Origin: Nitrospirota bacterium
GTDB taxonomy: Bacteria; Nitrospirota; UBA9217
Direction: 5' to 3'
Assembly (NCBI GenBank): GCA_963845065.1
Contig: CAWJQQ010000008.1
Span: 480,001 to 544,000, forward strand
Length of the DNA stretch: 64,000 nucleotides
Shown here: in pieces, positions 1-11,383 of the stretch
How positions within the stretch are numbered: position 1 is the first letter of the stretch
Layout of the letters: every line of letters starts with the position of its first letter
Program-made: the position numbers and the translations under genes
Notes under the pieces: generated by a model
The model's input: only the letters and a program-made list of their open reading frames with translations
Told to the model about the DNA's origin: nothing
Database searches by the model: none

Positions 1-158
1 AGGAATCGAATACTCTCCCAGGATCAAAAGGCCCTTACCGTTTCCATCTGGACGACCCAGGGCGGCATTCACAGCCCGTTCGTCTAACACCTATGCAGGA
101 AGCGAAAATATTTGATTTGCCTGCTAAAGTTTTTATTTGTTATACCGATATATACAGT

Positions 159-929
159 ATGACAGTAACAGTAGGATTTAAGGAGGCGAAAACCCGTAAA
201 AAAAGCCTAAAAAATCAAGATGGTTCACAAGCTTCTTCTCGTCGTCGGACCCGCTCGCCACGGAAAGGGCATGATCGTCACGGCATAGCTTCTATCGTTA
301 AGCGCCTTCGGAGCCTTTTCGCGATGATAAAAACTGACTGGTTATTGAAAAGCGTAATCAAGAAGCCAACCCGTCAAGCGCGCTCAAATAATCGATATCA
401 GGGGAAAAGCAGAGTAAAGAAACCTTTGACAGCACTATTAATAGCGCCAATGCTTTTAATCTTCGTAATAGTGCTAGTTGGTGATTGTAAGAAACAAGCT
501 GCATATAATCAACACCAGACACTTGAGGAGCGGATAGCGGAATTGGCCATGATTAGAAACGATATGGGGTTAAAAGAGCATGAAGATTGTTACAAGTGGG
601 ATGGCATCGCGGCAAAACTTTATCTCGATCATCAGTTTGGGCAATCATGGGTGGACATTCAAAAAGATATGCTTGCAAAAGATTTTCTCACTACCTGGAA
701 GGTTTCAGTCCAGGAAAGAAATCATATGGCTATGGCCTTTTTCCCGCTTATGCAACGAGCTGATATCAACGAGCGTCCGCTTGGATCTTTTACACTCAAT
801 GAAACGATGGAGATTGCTCATGCGTTGTGCGGCGAACGAATCCTTACGGGGGGATTGCCTTTTCAGGAAAGTTCTTATACGGACGCTTCAACGACTGAAA
901 CCCTCATTTTCTCACGTAACGCTATCTGA
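159..929 (+). CDS. Hypothetical protein with basic N-terminus and one transmembrane segment
   Basis: ORF 93..929; the ATG at 159 is a more plausible start; hydrophobic stretch PLTALLIAPMLLIFVIVLVG; no recognised domain. Confidence 0.5.
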   Translation: MTVTVGFKEAKTRKKSLKNQDGSQASSRRRTRSPRKGHDRHGIASIVKRLRSLFAMIKTDWLLKSVIKKPTRQARSNNRYQGKSRVKKPLTALLIAPMLLIFVIVLVGDCKKQAAYNQHQTLEERIAELAMIRNDMGLKEHEDCYKWDGIAAKLYLDHQFGQSWVDIQKDMLAKDFLTTWKVSVQERNHMAMAFFPLMQRADINERPLGSFTLNETMEIAHALCGERILTGGLPFQESSYTDASTTETLIFSRNAI

Positions 930-1196
930 CGCCGTTATCGCCTATCTTATTTATCAGATATCACGTAAACCTCGTATTGCTGGCCAGGCTGCCGAGATCA
1001 TCGAAGTAACCCACCCTTACCTAAAATATAACTATTGAAGTATCATGTGAACGTTTCTTCCTCTTCCAGGGAGGTTGCGTCACTGAATTGCTTGCGAGAC
1101 ACCACATGAAACTAGCAATCTCTAACTATGGGTGCTCATCATTTTGTGAGAGATCTCAAAAGTTAGTTCCTGCAAATATTGGTCAGGCTGAATTAC

Positions 1197-2859
1197 CAAA
1201 CTATCCGCAGAAAGCCCCTGGTTTTAACCATGGGGATGAATGCGGGAACTTTGTTTTCCGGCACTTAGTAGACAAATGTACATCTATATGGTATATTTAA
1301 ACAACCAATGCCGAATAAACCTAAAACCCCATCTTTTATCCACGAGTTTCAACTCGTAGCGACTCCAAAGGACAATCGAATGCTCGATGCCCGGCTCGAA
1401 GCTGGCCGTTATCTGTACAATGCCTGCCTTGGTGAAGCGATGAAGCGTCTTACTGCCATGCGGCGATCAGAAAAATGGCTCGTGGCGATCACGAAGAAGA
1501 AAAGCAAGCTTCGCACCAAGATGTTCAAGACAGCCAGAACCCAGGCTGAATATACTGAATACCACCTTCATAACTACGTCGGTATCCTCCGCAATTCCTG
1601 CTGGATCAGTGAGCATATTGACAGCCTGACCGCCCAGAAAATAGCATCTCGAGCATATAGCGCCATCGCTGACTACGAGTTTGGGAAGCATGGCAAACCA
1701 CGTTTCAAGCGCCATGGCTGGATGTCGTCCCTTGAAGGTAAAAACAACAAATCTGGTATTCGGTGGTGCGATGACCATGTGGAGTGGACTGGCCTTCGTC
1801 TCAACTGTGTCTTCGACAAGAAAGACAAGTTTGGCGTTCAGGCTCATGCACTTAGCCATGATGTCAAGTACGTTCGTCTGGTCAAGAAAACTATCCGCGG
1901 CAATCCCCGCTGGTTTGCCCAACTTGTGCTTAAAGGCACGGCCAAGATCAAGCGTGAGAACCAGATTGGCACCGAAACCGTTGGCCTTGACATTGGCCCG
2001 TCGACAGTTGCCATCGTTGGTGATACCGATGCGTTACTACTCGAATTTTGCCCTGAAGTCGAGATACCGTTTAAACGTATCAAGACCGTCCAGCGCACAA
2101 TGGCCAGAAGCCTTCGTGCTACCAACCCGGGCAACTACAACGGAGACAAAACCATCAAAACGGGTAAAAAGCAGTGGGTCTTTTCTGTTCAATACCGTGT
2201 TCTTAAAGCTAATCTCGCCGAACTTCAAAGAATCCTTGCTGAAACCAGAAAACGGTCTCATGGCAAGCTCGTGAACAAAGTCCTCACTCTCGGTACCGAC
2301 ATCAAGACCGAGAAACTGTCGTACAAAGCATTTCAGAAACTCTATGGTAAAAGTATTTCGCGACGAGCTCCGGGGATGTTTATGTCGATGCTTCACCACA
2401 AAGCCGAAAACGCTGGCGGTAAAGTAACCGAGTTTTCTACCCGGAGCACAAAGCTTTCCCAGACATGCCATTGCGGAACAGTAGCCAAAAAATCATTGTC
2501 CCAAAGATGGCATGCCTGCAACTGCGGGGTAAGCACCCAGCGTGATCTCTATTCCGCATTCCTTGCAAAGCATGTTTCTAACGATGTCCTCGACACGCGT
2601 CAGGCTGCCAAAGCCTGGCCGGGTGCAAACCTGCTCCTGGAACGGGCGGTGTTGGGGGTGCAGCATGAAGCGGCAAAGGGTCGAATTCATCCAACCAGCT
2701 TCGGTATCAAGCAAGAGAACACCACGAACCGGAGACAGAGCTGCTCGTCCGTTAAAGGCGGATCAACGACAGTCGAGGCCGACAACGTTCGTATTGTTGC
2801 CGGAGAGCCTGTCGGTACAGCCGCTAGAACCCCTGGCTTTAGACATGGGGAGTGGTCAG
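1197..2859 (+). mobile_element. IS200/IS605-family tnpB-only (IS1341-type) element
   Basis: Starts after TTAC (1193-1196); left hairpin AAAG-CCCCTGGTTTTAACCATGGGG; right hairpin GAAC-CCCTGGCTTTAGACATGGGG ending in TCAG (2856-2859); contains tnpB and no tnpA. Confidence 0.9.
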
Positions 2860-2876
2860 AGAAAAGATTGTATTAA
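1308..2876 (+). CDS. tnpB: RNA-guided endonuclease TnpB
   Basis: RuvC motifs VGLDIG, KTEKL and QRDLYSA; Zn-ribbon-like CHC..CNC; N-terminal RYLYNACL; GKPRFK motif. Confidence 0.92.
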   Translation: MPNKPKTPSFIHEFQLVATPKDNRMLDARLEAGRYLYNACLGEAMKRLTAMRRSEKWLVAITKKKSKLRTKMFKTARTQAEYTEYHLHNYVGILRNSCWISEHIDSLTAQKIASRAYSAIADYEFGKHGKPRFKRHGWMSSLEGKNNKSGIRWCDDHVEWTGLRLNCVFDKKDKFGVQAHALSHDVKYVRLVKKTIRGNPRWFAQLVLKGTAKIKRENQIGTETVGLDIGPSTVAIVGDTDALLLEFCPEVEIPFKRIKTVQRTMARSLRATNPGNYNGDKTIKTGKKQWVFSVQYRVLKANLAELQRILAETRKRSHGKLVNKVLTLGTDIKTEKLSYKAFQKLYGKSISRRAPGMFMSMLHHKAENAGGKVTEFSTRSTKLSQTCHCGTVAKKSLSQRWHACNCGVSTQRDLYSAFLAKHVSNDVLDTRQAAKAWPGANLLLERAVLGVQHEAAKGRIHPTSFGIKQENTTNRRQSCSSVKGGSTTVEADNVRIVAGEPVGTAARTPGFRHGEWSEKRLY

Positions 2877-2879
2877 CTA
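2700..2879 (+). ncRNA. Predicted omega/reRNA of tnpB element 1 (scaffold overlaps the tnpB 3' end; guide about 2860-2879)
   Basis: Established TnpB biology; stem-loops are conserved with covariation in the copy at 4577-4693; the 5' boundary is approximate. Confidence 0.6.
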
Positions 2880-3159
2880 TTGAAACGACTTTCGCAGCTT
2901 ATTTAATAGAGAGAACGTAACTATTTGTTATTTAATAGGTTGATTCATTCTAGGGCATTTAAATTTGGAACAAGTACCCTAAAAATAACCCGTAATTTTC
3001 CTTGTAATTTAAAAGGCAGCGTGTTATAAATAACATAACAATAAAAAATATTAATAACAAAAAAAATTAGTTAAGCATCATTGTCCATACTGTACAAGGT
3101 AGGAACAATAGTAGATTGCAAAGTGGTGCAGATTACTTCAATGCTGAATGAGGATGACC

Positions 3160-3495
3160 ATGATTTCATACGAAAACGACAAAAGGATCAGACCAAGAAT
3201 GATACAGGAGTTTGCAGTGGGAGTCAGAACCGAGAGAGGATTAAATGTGGTCTACGCCATTGACATCTCCCGCATCGGTGTAAAGGTTGGAAGCCCACTG
3301 CTTCTGCTTCCCCTTGGAGGACAGGTGGTGATAGAGATTGATAAACGGGGAGAAAAATATCCCTTCTCAGGCCGAGTCCTAAGAGAGGATGGAAATTATT
3401 ACATCAACCGTATAAACCGCAGTGTAAACACATATTTTATCAGCATTGACGACGAACAGTATGTAAAATTTGCAATCGACAATTATTTTGTATAA
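3160..3495 (+). CDS. PilZ-domain protein
   Basis: RxxxR (RIRPR) and DxSxxG (DISRIG) motifs; AGGA RBS before ATG 3160. Confidence 0.7.
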   Translation: MISYENDKRIRPRMIQEFAVGVRTERGLNVVYAIDISRIGVKVGSPLLLLPLGGQVVIEIDKRGEKYPFSGRVLREDGNYYINRINRSVNTYFISIDDEQYVKFAIDNYFV

Positions 3496-3604
3496 TGTTT
3501 TGACAAAGAATTCAAAAGGGGTTTTTTCTTCTTAGGTTTTTGTGTAAAGATCCCTCCTTAATAATGAATGTTCAGGAAACGCGCCCCTTGAAAGGGAGTC
3601 TGAC

Positions 3605-4441
3605 ATGGAACAAATGAGACGGCATAAAAGATACGGCCTGGATTTAATTGACGTAAAAGGCAAGATGAGTTTATCTGAAAAAGTGGAGATCCTTGATATT
3701 AGTCTCGGCGGAGTTGCTTTAAAATCAGACCGGAGACTGAATCCCGGGAGGGAATATATGATCAATCTCCATGATAAAGGGAAGACTCTCAATGTAACGG
3801 GCATGATAGTTCGTTCTGAGCTGAGCGGAATGGAGGTAAGAGCTAACGGGGAACGGGTCTCCATATACGCGGCAGGCATGCAGTTTAAAGATGGTTTAAC
3901 GGACCAGGTCTCCGATTTTCTTAAATCAATAGTTCAAAACCAAAAAGGAACAGCATTATTACCGGAGGAGAGGAGACTCAATATCAGGTTCCAAATTACC
4001 GATCCGCGCGAAAATATTTTGTGTTATCCTGTGCACTTCATGGTAAAAACAATCAGCCTCTGCGGGATGCTCATCCGGACTGATCAGGCTTTGGAAATAG
4101 AAAACAAGGTACCCATGAGTTTGTCTCTGAATGACGGTATCTCGGTCAATTTTACTGGACGTGTTGTTTCATGCAACATGAAGGGAGACAACGCGCAAAC
4201 ACACTACGATATAGGGTTGGAATTTATCGAACTGATGGACAAGGATAAAACGCTGCTCCAAACGTTCATAGACCAGTGGGCAACAATGGAAAACCGTGCC
4301 GCAAGAGAAAGCGAACTGTCAGAGGCTGGAACTTTACCAAATCATCCGCAGAAAGCCCCTTGCTTTAACCACGGGGATGAATGCGGGAACTTAACTTTTC
4401 GACAATTGCTAGGCAAATGTTCATCTAAATGGTATATTTAA
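3605..4441 (+). CDS. Tandem PilZ-domain protein; C-terminal about 34 aa derive from the inserted mini-IS
   Basis: RRHKR/DISLGG and RRLNIR/TISLCG motifs; GGGAG RBS. Confidence 0.85.
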   Translation: MEQMRRHKRYGLDLIDVKGKMSLSEKVEILDISLGGVALKSDRRLNPGREYMINLHDKGKTLNVTGMIVRSELSGMEVRANGERVSIYAAGMQFKDGLTDQVSDFLKSIVQNQKGTALLPEERRLNIRFQITDPRENILCYPVHFMVKTISLCGMLIRTDQALEIENKVPMSLSLNDGISVNFTGRVVSCNMKGDNAQTHYDIGLEFIELMDKDKTLLQTFIDQWATMENRAARESELSEAGTLPNHPQKAPCFNHGDECGNLTFRQLLGKCSSKWYI

Positions 4442-4693
4442 CAGAATAATGTCAGGTAATAAGTCTAAAACCCCCTCTTTCATCCATGAGTTTCAAGTCG
4501 TAACTACCCACAAAGACAATCGGATGCTTGATATTCGGCTCGAGGCTGGCCGCCATCTTTATAATGCCTGCCTTGGCTCGCCCGTCAAAGACGGATAAAC
4601 GACAGTCGAGGCTGGCAATGTTTGTGTTGTTGACAGAGAGAATGCCGGTATTGCCGTCAGAACCCCCTGGTTTTAACTATGGGGAGTGGTCAG
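4338..4693 (+). mobile_element. Internally deleted non-autonomous IS200/IS605 derivative (356 bp)
   Basis: Follows TTAC (4334-4337); same left hairpin as element 1; 5' tnpB remnant (MSGNKSKTPSFIHEF..LYNACLG) fused directly to the omega-RNA/right end; ends in TCAG. Confidence 0.9.
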
Positions 4694-5006
4694 CTGAATT
4701 TCCAATTCTTTGTTGCTTCCCGTTTTCTTCCTTTTGATATATAATTATTCTAAATTATGATACTTGCCGCAGGGCCCCTTTTCGTCAATTGAAAGTATGC
4801 ATTTGATGAACTGGCGATGTACGTGCAGCGCGAAATTTGTCAACCCAAACCAGCAACTGCGTCTGGAATGAGACGCAGTTACAACCGCGGCAAACGACCT
4901 CAAGAAAAAAGGCCGTTCCCCATGCGGTACATTATTTTTTGGTAATAGGCGGACATTGCTACCAGGTAATAAAATTAAACCAATGTAGCCTGGGGTTTGC
5001 ATAAAA

Positions 5007-8000
5007 ATGGCGATTAATTTATACATGCCGGTCCTGATCTTCCTATCAGGCATGATCTCCTATGCCGCTATTCACCATTGCACCATTGAGCAACGGCGGA
5101 GGCAACGCCGCGTCCATCTGCTATTCGCCGGTATATCTCTTGTGATGGCTCTGTTCATCCTGTCTACTGTCCAGACGTTCCAGGCCGCGACCGTGAACGT
5201 CTTCATTCAGTCGTCCCGATTAAATCTCTCCCTCTACCTTTTGCTCTTGGCAATGTTTCCCTGGTTCTTCGCCGAGTATGCCAGCGTGAGGCCAAAGACA
5301 GTGCTGGCTGGACTCACCGGGCTGGCTGTCGTGCTGTTCATTGTCAATCTGATCCAGCCATATACCGCCGCATACGCGGAAATCCATGGTCTTGCGCGCA
5401 TGACTTTGCCCTGGGGAGAGGAAATTATCTTACCGCTGGTCACCGCCAGCTATTGGCTTTACATCGGACTGACAGCCCACTCCCTTGTCATTGCCTTTGG
5501 GTTTTATGCCCTGGTTGTTCGGTTCCGCCGGGACCGCAGGCGCACGACCTTGTACATGATATTTGCCTTGGGGTTGTTCATGGCTGGCTCCGTCTCGGGT
5601 TTTTTGTTCAGATTGGGGATGGTTCACATCCCCCCCTTGGGGCCGGCCGGATTATTGATCATGGTCATTGTAATGGGGTTGACGCTGAACTACGAAATCC
5701 AGGAAGACCGCAGGCATCTGCAGGCAATACTGGACCATGTTCCGGCACATATCTTCATGAAAGATCCCAAAGGGCAATATATGATGATCAACCGCCACTT
5801 CGAAGACCTATTCCATGTCTCAAGCGCAAAGATGTACGGCAGGACAGATCTTCTATTATTCCCTAAAGAGCAGGCCGATGCCATGCATGCCGACGAACTG
5901 CAGGTGCTCGCGACGCGTCTTCCCCTGAAACGTGAGGAGATTATAACTACGAATGGCGAACCCCGCACCTATTTCTCCATCAAATTCCCGCTGTTTTATG
6001 CCGACGGCACGCCATTTGCCGTATGCGGCATATCCACGGATATTACCGAGCGCAAACTGTCCGAACTGGCCCTGAAACAAAGCGAAGCGAAATATCAGCG
6101 TCTCTATAATGAAACGCCTGTCCTGCTCCATTCCATAGACCGGAATGCACGAGTAGTCGATGTAAATGACTACTGGCTCAAAACAATGGGCTATGAGCGA
6201 AAGGAAGTTATTGGCAGAAAAGTAACAGATTTCTGTACGGAGGCATCGCGAAAGTACGCCTGGGAGGTCACTATTCCGATATTTTTCCGGGACGGCTTCG
6301 TTTATGATATACCCTATCAATTTGTAAAAAAGAATGGTGAGTTGGTGGATGTGCTTCTTTCGTCGACTGCTGTACGTGATGCTTCCGGCAATGTTGTCCG
6401 TTCCCAAGCTGTGCTCGAGGATATCACCGAACAGAAGCGGGCGGAGGCGGCCCTCCGCGAGAGCGAAGATCGTTTTCGCAGCCTGTCTAACGCGTCGCTC
6501 GAAGGTATTATGATCCATGATCAGGGTGTGATCCTGGACGCCAATATGGCGTTCACGCGGCTCTTTGGATATGATGAGCCAGAGGAGTTAATTAGCAAGA
6601 ATGGTCTAGAACTTATTCTATCGCCCGAATCCCGGGTGCGCATCGATCAGAGGTTACAACGGCAGGAAACGGGACCTCTCGAGGTGACCTGTGTCCGGAA
6701 AGATGGCACCACGTTTGTGGCGGAGACAGACTCGCAGCCGGTAAAGTACCGTGGCCATGATGCGCGTATTGTTTCATGCCACGACATAACTGAGCGCAAG
6801 AGAGCGGAAGAGGCGCTGCGCGAGAGTGAAATTAAATTTCGCGCGGTGTTTGAAAACTCCAGAGATGCCATCGGCATTGCAAAAAACGGTGTGCATTATT
6901 ATGCTAATCCCGCATATCTCAAATTATTTGGGCATGAGAGTAATGAAAAGATTGTCGGCACTTCGATACTCGATAGCATTGCACCGAGCCATCATCAACA
7001 GATGTTACAAATCATACGGCGCAGAACTGCTGGAGAACCAGCCCCATCAATCTACATGACACGCGGGAGGAAAACAGATGGTACTGAGTTTTACATGGAG
7101 GTCAGCACTTCTACCTATGAGTTGCAAGGCGAGATCTATTCAGTAGCGAGCATCCGGGACATCACTGAGCGCAGGCTGATCGAGGAGGAACGCGAAAGGC
7201 TCACTGTGGCCATCGAGCAGGCGGGGGAGACCGTGGTGGTCACGGACGCAGAGGGGACGATCCAGTATGTCAACCCCATGTTTGAGGCCGTGACGGGCTA
7301 CAGCCGCGCTGAAGCAGTCGGCCAGAACCCGCGCATCCTAAAGAGCGGAAAACATGACAATGCGTTCTACGTCGAACTCTGGCATACCATCACGTCCGGC
7401 CGGGCCTGGCAAGGCCGATTTATCAACCGGAAGAAAGACGGATCGCTCTACATCGAGGATGCGTCTATCTCACCTGTGCACGATAACACTGGCCGGATCG
7501 TCAACTACGTTGCGGTCAAGCGGGACATCACCGAACAACTTAATGCCGTTGAAGAGAAGGCAAGACTGGAAGATCAACTGCGGCAGTCCCAGAAGATGGA
7601 ATCGATCGGCACCCTCGCCGGCGGCATTGCCCATGACTTCAATAACATCCTAACCGCAATCATCGGCTATGGGAATATTGCCCTCATGAAGATGGCAAAG
7701 GACGATCCCCAGCGCCTGAACATCGAACACATGCTGGATGCAGCGGACCGGGCTGCGCACCTGACGAAAGACCTCCTGTTATTCAGCAGGAGGCAGATCA
7801 GTGAACGAAAACCCATTGACCTGAATGATGTTGTCCGGAAAGTGGAGACGTTCCTGAAACGGGTCATTGGAGAGGATATCGAATGCAAAACAAAGCAATT
7901 TGCGGGAACACTGCCAATCCTCGGCGATACGCACCAACTCGAACAGGTCCTGATGAATTTTGCCACGAACGCCAGGGACGCCATGCCAAAGGGAGGCATC

Positions 8001-8711
8001 TTTTCAGTCTCCACGGAGCAGATGAAGTTTGATAATGAATTCGCCTCGATCGATGGTTACATCAAGTCTGGCAACTATGCGTTGATTACCATATCGGACA
8101 CGGGCAACGGCATGGACGAGGTCACCAGAGAGCATATTTTTGAGCCCTTTTTCACCACCAAAGAAGTGGGCAAGGGCACCGGCCTCGGGCTTGCGGTGGT
8201 ATACGGCATCATCAAACAGCATGAAGGGGCCATCAATGTCTACAGCGAACAGGGCCGGGGCACGATCTTTCAGATATATCTGCCGCTCATCGCGGGGCTT
8301 GAGAATGAAACAAAATCCTCCGTGGCAGAGCGCCCGACTGGAGGGACGGAGACCATCCTGCTCGCCGAGGATGACGAAAATGTCAGGAACCTGACCAGGG
8401 CCGTGCTTGAGGATTTCGGTTACCACGTGATCATTGCAAAGGATGGTCAGGACGCGGTGAACAAGTATATAGAGAGTAAGGATAGGATCCGGCTTCTTTT
8501 GTTCGACATTATCATGCCGAAGAAGACCGGAAAAGAGGCCTATGACGCGATCAGGACCATGACGCCGGGAGTAAAAGCACTTTTTTTGAGCGGATATGCC
8601 CCTGATGTGGTCCGACAAAGGGTGTTGATTGACGACGGTATGCCGGTGATCAACAAGCCCATATCTCCGACGGAACTATTGAAGCAGGTGAGGGAGGCGT
8701 TGGACAGGTGA
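5007..8711 (+). CDS. Membrane-bound multi-PAS hybrid sensor histidine kinase/response regulator
   Basis: About 7 TM N-terminus, several PAS/PAC repeats (DITERK), H-box [15 protein letters not shown]-terminal receiver. Confidence 0.95.
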   Translation: MAINLYMPVLIFLSGMISYAAIHHCTIEQRRRQRRVHLLFAGISLVMALFILSTVQTFQAATVNVFIQSSRLNLSLYLLLLAMFPWFFAEYASVRPKTVLAGLTGLAVVLFIVNLIQPYTAAYAEIHGLARMTLPWGEEIILPLVTASYWLYIGLTAHSLVIAFGFYALVVRFRRDRRRTTLYMIFALGLFMAGSVSGFLFRLGMVHIPPLGPAGLLIMVIVMGLTLNYEIQEDRRHLQAILDHVPAHIFMKDPKGQYMMINRHFEDLFHVSSAKMYGRTDLLLFPKEQADAMHADELQVLATRLPLKREEIITTNGEPRTYFSIKFPLFYADGTPFAVCGISTDITERKLSELALKQSEAKYQRLYNETPVLLHSIDRNARVVDVNDYWLKTMGYERKEVIGRKVTDFCTEASRKYAWEVTIPIFFRDGFVYDIPYQFVKKNGELVDVLLSSTAVRDASGNVVRSQAVLEDITEQKRAEAALRESEDRFRSLSNASLEGIMIHDQGVILDANMAFTRLFGYDEPEELISKNGLELILSPESRVRIDQRLQRQETGPLEVTCVRKDGTTFVAETDSQPVKYRGHDARIVSCHDITERKRAEEALRESEIKFRAVFENSRDAIGIAKNGVHYYANPAYLKLFGHESNEKIVGTSILDSIAPSHHQQMLQIIRRRTAGEPAPSIYMTRGRKTDGTEFYMEVSTSTYELQGEIYSVASIRDITERRLIEEERERLTVAIEQAGETVVVTDAEGTIQYVNPMFEAVTGYSRAEAVGQNPRILKSGKHDNAFYVELWHTITSGRAWQGRFINRKKDGSLYIEDASISPVHDNTGRIVNYVAVKRDITEQLNAVEEKARLEDQLRQSQKMESIGTLAGGIAHDFNNILTAIIGYGNIALMKMAKDDPQRLNIEHMLDAADRAAHLTKDLLLFSRRQISERKPIDLNDVVRKVETFLKRVIGEDIECKTKQFAGTLPILGDTHQLEQVLMNFATNARDAMPKGGIFSVSTEQMKFDNEFASIDGYIKSGNYALITISDTGNGMDEVTREHIFEPFFTTKEVGKGTGLGLAVVYGIIKQHEGAINVYSEQGRGTIFQIYLPLIAGLENETKSSVAERPTGGTETILLAEDDENVRNLTRAVLEDFGYHVIIAKDGQDAVNKYIESKDRIRLLLFDIIMPKKTGKEAYDAIRTMTPGVKALFLSGYAPDVVRQRVLIDDGMPVINKPISPTELLKQVREALDR

Positions 8712-9058
8712 AAATTGCAGTGACATGATGAAAAAAATTATTGATGCCGGATTTTTTGTTAGCATGCCTCACCCAAGAATTTCGTAACATAGTCAACCGA
8801 GCGCGATGGCATAATAGTAAGCGCACTTCGGAGTTCATGGATTCATCGGTGAAACGATGAGTCCCGGTTAAAGTTTGCAGTGAGCTCTACTTTCTGTAGT
8901 TTCAGCCTTGGATCCCCTCGAAATGGCAATGTATCACGCAGCAATTCTTTTTAATTTTGATAGCTGTCATCATTAAGGACTTTATAACTGGAGACAGGGT
9001 CCATCCCAAATGTCACATAAATTCCTTTTGTCATATGTTCTGCGCTCGTGGCGGTCTA

Positions 9059-11272
9059 TTATTTATGACCTGCCAAAACCTCCCGGATTTTTTTTGAAAA
9101 TACATCAGGCTTTAATGGCTTTGATAAAAAGTTTATGTTCTCCTGCTTGATTCCTTTCTGTTCAAGGATATCGGTCGCATATCCGCTGATAAAAAGCAAT
9201 TTCACGTCGGCCCTTATCTGGCTTAATCCGCTGAGCACATCTTTTCCGCTGATCCCGGGCATGACCATATCGGAAATAACAAGCTGGATTTTATTCGAAT
9301 ATTCGCGATAGAGTTTTATAGCATGCTCTCCATCAACAGCCTCCATTATGGAATATCCCAGGTCCTCGAGCAATGTTTTTGATACATGTCTGACTGCAGC
9401 ATCGTCTTCCACAAGAAGAATGGTCTCGTTACCTGAGTAAAGTTGGTCCGGTGATTGCTGTTCGATGACCCGTCCTTTGATCTGCGCTAACGGGAGATAT
9501 ATATTGAAGACGGAGCCCCTGCCAGATTCGCTGGAAATAGTTATAAAACCGTTGTGCTGATTGATCGTTCCGTAAACCATGGCAAGACCCAAGCCAGTTC
9601 CTTTGCCGACATCTTTAGTTGTAAAAAAAGGCTCAAAGATACGATGCTGTATCGCTTTATCCATTCCCACACCGGTATCCGCAACCGACAGGACCGCATA
9701 ACGGCCCGCAACGCCCTGACCATGGCGCTGCACGAAGGACTGGGTTATTTCGGTTTCTTCCGTGGATATCGTCAAGCTTCCGCCATACGGCATAGCGTCC
9801 CGAGCATTGGCCGCCAAGTTGATCAGCACATGCTCTATTTGGCCTTTATCGCACGTAACGATCAAGTCGTGATCGGCGGTTTGGACATTGAACGCAATAT
9901 CTTCTCCGATGATTCGTTCCAAAATCTTCTTCATCCCCGTTACAATTTCATTGATATCAAGAGGCATGAGGCTCATAACCTGTTTCCTGCTAAAAACAAG
10001 CAGGCTGTGAGTTAGGTTCGCAGCTTTTTCGGAGGTTATAAGTATCTGGTCGACAAAATTTCGCAGCGGGCTTTCCGGCGGGATCTTCAAGCGTAGAAGG
10101 TTGCCATAACCGATTATGGCCGTTAGTATATTGTTAAAATCATGGGCAACACCCCCGGCAAGATGTCCCACTGCCTCCATTTTTTGCAATTGGCGGAATT
10201 CCGACTGAAGCTTCTCTCTCTCCGCAGCCATTTTCTTCATGGCCGTGATGTCTTTGATGATGACAACCGCGCCGTTGATTGTTCCTGCAGCGGTTATTAC
10301 GGCATCGATGGAAACTAACGCCCATTTGCTGATTTTTGTCAAAAATATTTCACGCTCCTCATGGTTAGGGGACTTGAGCGTCAAGTCAACCGGATCGAAT
10401 TGGGACATCATCTCACCGCAATGGAGCAGTTCGTCGATACGCTTCCCGATGATTTCACCGAATGACGTACCGCAAAAGACCGTCGCAGCCTTGTTTACGC
10501 GAATCACTGTCAGGTCCCTGGACAGCAGCATGATCACCTCATTCGTCGAATCAAACGTGGTCAGCCACTCGTCAGCGGCCTTTTTTATTTGCTGCTCCGC
10601 TCTTTTACGTTCGCCTATCTCTTTCTGTAAATTCACGATGCTCTCTGAAAGCTGCGCTGTGCGGTCGCTGACCAGTTGCTCAAGGTGCTCCTTGTAAATC
10701 TCAAAATCGTACTTTAGCCCCAGTTCGCTAATCAAGCCACGAAAGTAGAAATACCGAAGGGCCAGTGAACTTGTCAGCAATGCAACCAGAAATACATTCG
10801 CACTGTAAAATGTCCTGAAATCCACGATTGTTTCTGTGGCTATGATGGGAACAAGATATATGCCGTATATAATCAACGTTATCACCAGGGAAAAAGCGAA
10901 CCTGACGGGTAAAAAACTGACGACCCATATCCCCACGAGGGCCATGCCCGCATAGTATGTGGACTCCTGGCCTCCGGTTTTCAGAATCATCATTTCGATC
11001 GTACCGGCAGAACCTAATATCCCCGTCAGGATAAGCAGCTTGGTTATGCGCGGATCACGTAAATTTATTTTTTGGAATATCAGGAAAATAATGAGCAAAT
11101 AACTCGAAATCAAACCTCGATAAGTAAGAAATTTGAGGAAGTTATCGGGAGAGCTTACATAATCCAGCGCGCTTAATAAAAGAAACATCGCTGCACCGCC
11201 AAGGTATAGAATAGGCGCATATTTTATCAACTGTTCATTGATGCTGTTTTCTATATAGGCCTCTTTGGTCAT
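9059..11272 (-). CDS. Membrane PAS hybrid histidine kinase/response regulator
   Basis: TM region, [17 protein letters not shown], receiver (VEDD..SDMVMP..KP). Confidence 0.95.
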   Translation of the reverse strand: MTKEAYIENSINEQLIKYAPILYLGGAAMFLLLSALDYVSSPDNFLKFLTYRGLISSYLLIIFLIFQKINLRDPRITKLLILTGILGSAGTIEMMILKTGGQESTYYAGMALVGIWVVSFLPVRFAFSLVITLIIYGIYLVPIIATETIVDFRTFYSANVFLVALLTSSLALRYFYFRGLISELGLKYDFEIYKEHLEQLVSDRTAQLSESIVNLQKEIGERKRAEQQIKKAADEWLTTFDSTNEVIMLLSRDLTVIRVNKAATVFCGTSFGEIIGKRIDELLHCGEMMSQFDPVDLTLKSPNHEEREIFLTKISKWALVSIDAVITAAGTINGAVVIIKDITAMKKMAAEREKLQSEFRQLQKMEAVGHLAGGVAHDFNNILTAIIGYGNLLRLKIPPESPLRNFVDQILITSEKAANLTHSLLVFSRKQVMSLMPLDINEIVTGMKKILERIIGEDIAFNVQTADHDLIVTCDKGQIEHVLINLAANARDAMPYGGSLTISTEETEITQSFVQRHGQGVAGRYAVLSVADTGVGMDKAIQHRIFEPFFTTKDVGKGTGLGLAMVYGTINQHNGFITISSESGRGSVFNIYLPLAQIKGRVIEQQSPDQLYSGNETILLVEDDAAVRHVSKTLLEDLGYSIMEAVDGEHAIKLYREYSNKIQLVISDMVMPGISGKDVLSGLSQIRADVKLLFISGYATDILEQKGIKQENINFLSKPLKPDVFSKKIREVLAGHK

Positions 11273-11383
11273 GCCGGTTCCTTCTCGTGGATCACTAGGT
11301 TTTATACTGCCACACCTTAAACTACGTCTGTTTGTAACGGGTCATAAACTGGTAGAACGGCTTATAGTAACGCACAGTGGCGT

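Noticed and set aside
1..87. Possible 3' end of a gene (RNRILSQ..HSPFV-stop)
   Set aside because: Too short to assign and no recognisable motif
1180..1200. TGGTCAGGCTGAATTACCAA resembles the mini-element right junction TGGTCAGCTGAATTTCCAA, suggesting its guide targets element 1
   Set aside because: No TTAC TAM before the match and mismatches from position 8; may be chance
1088..1300. ORFs 1088-1300 and 4528-4737 with similarity to other ORF tails
   Set aside because: Similarity is only translation of the IS605 end sequences
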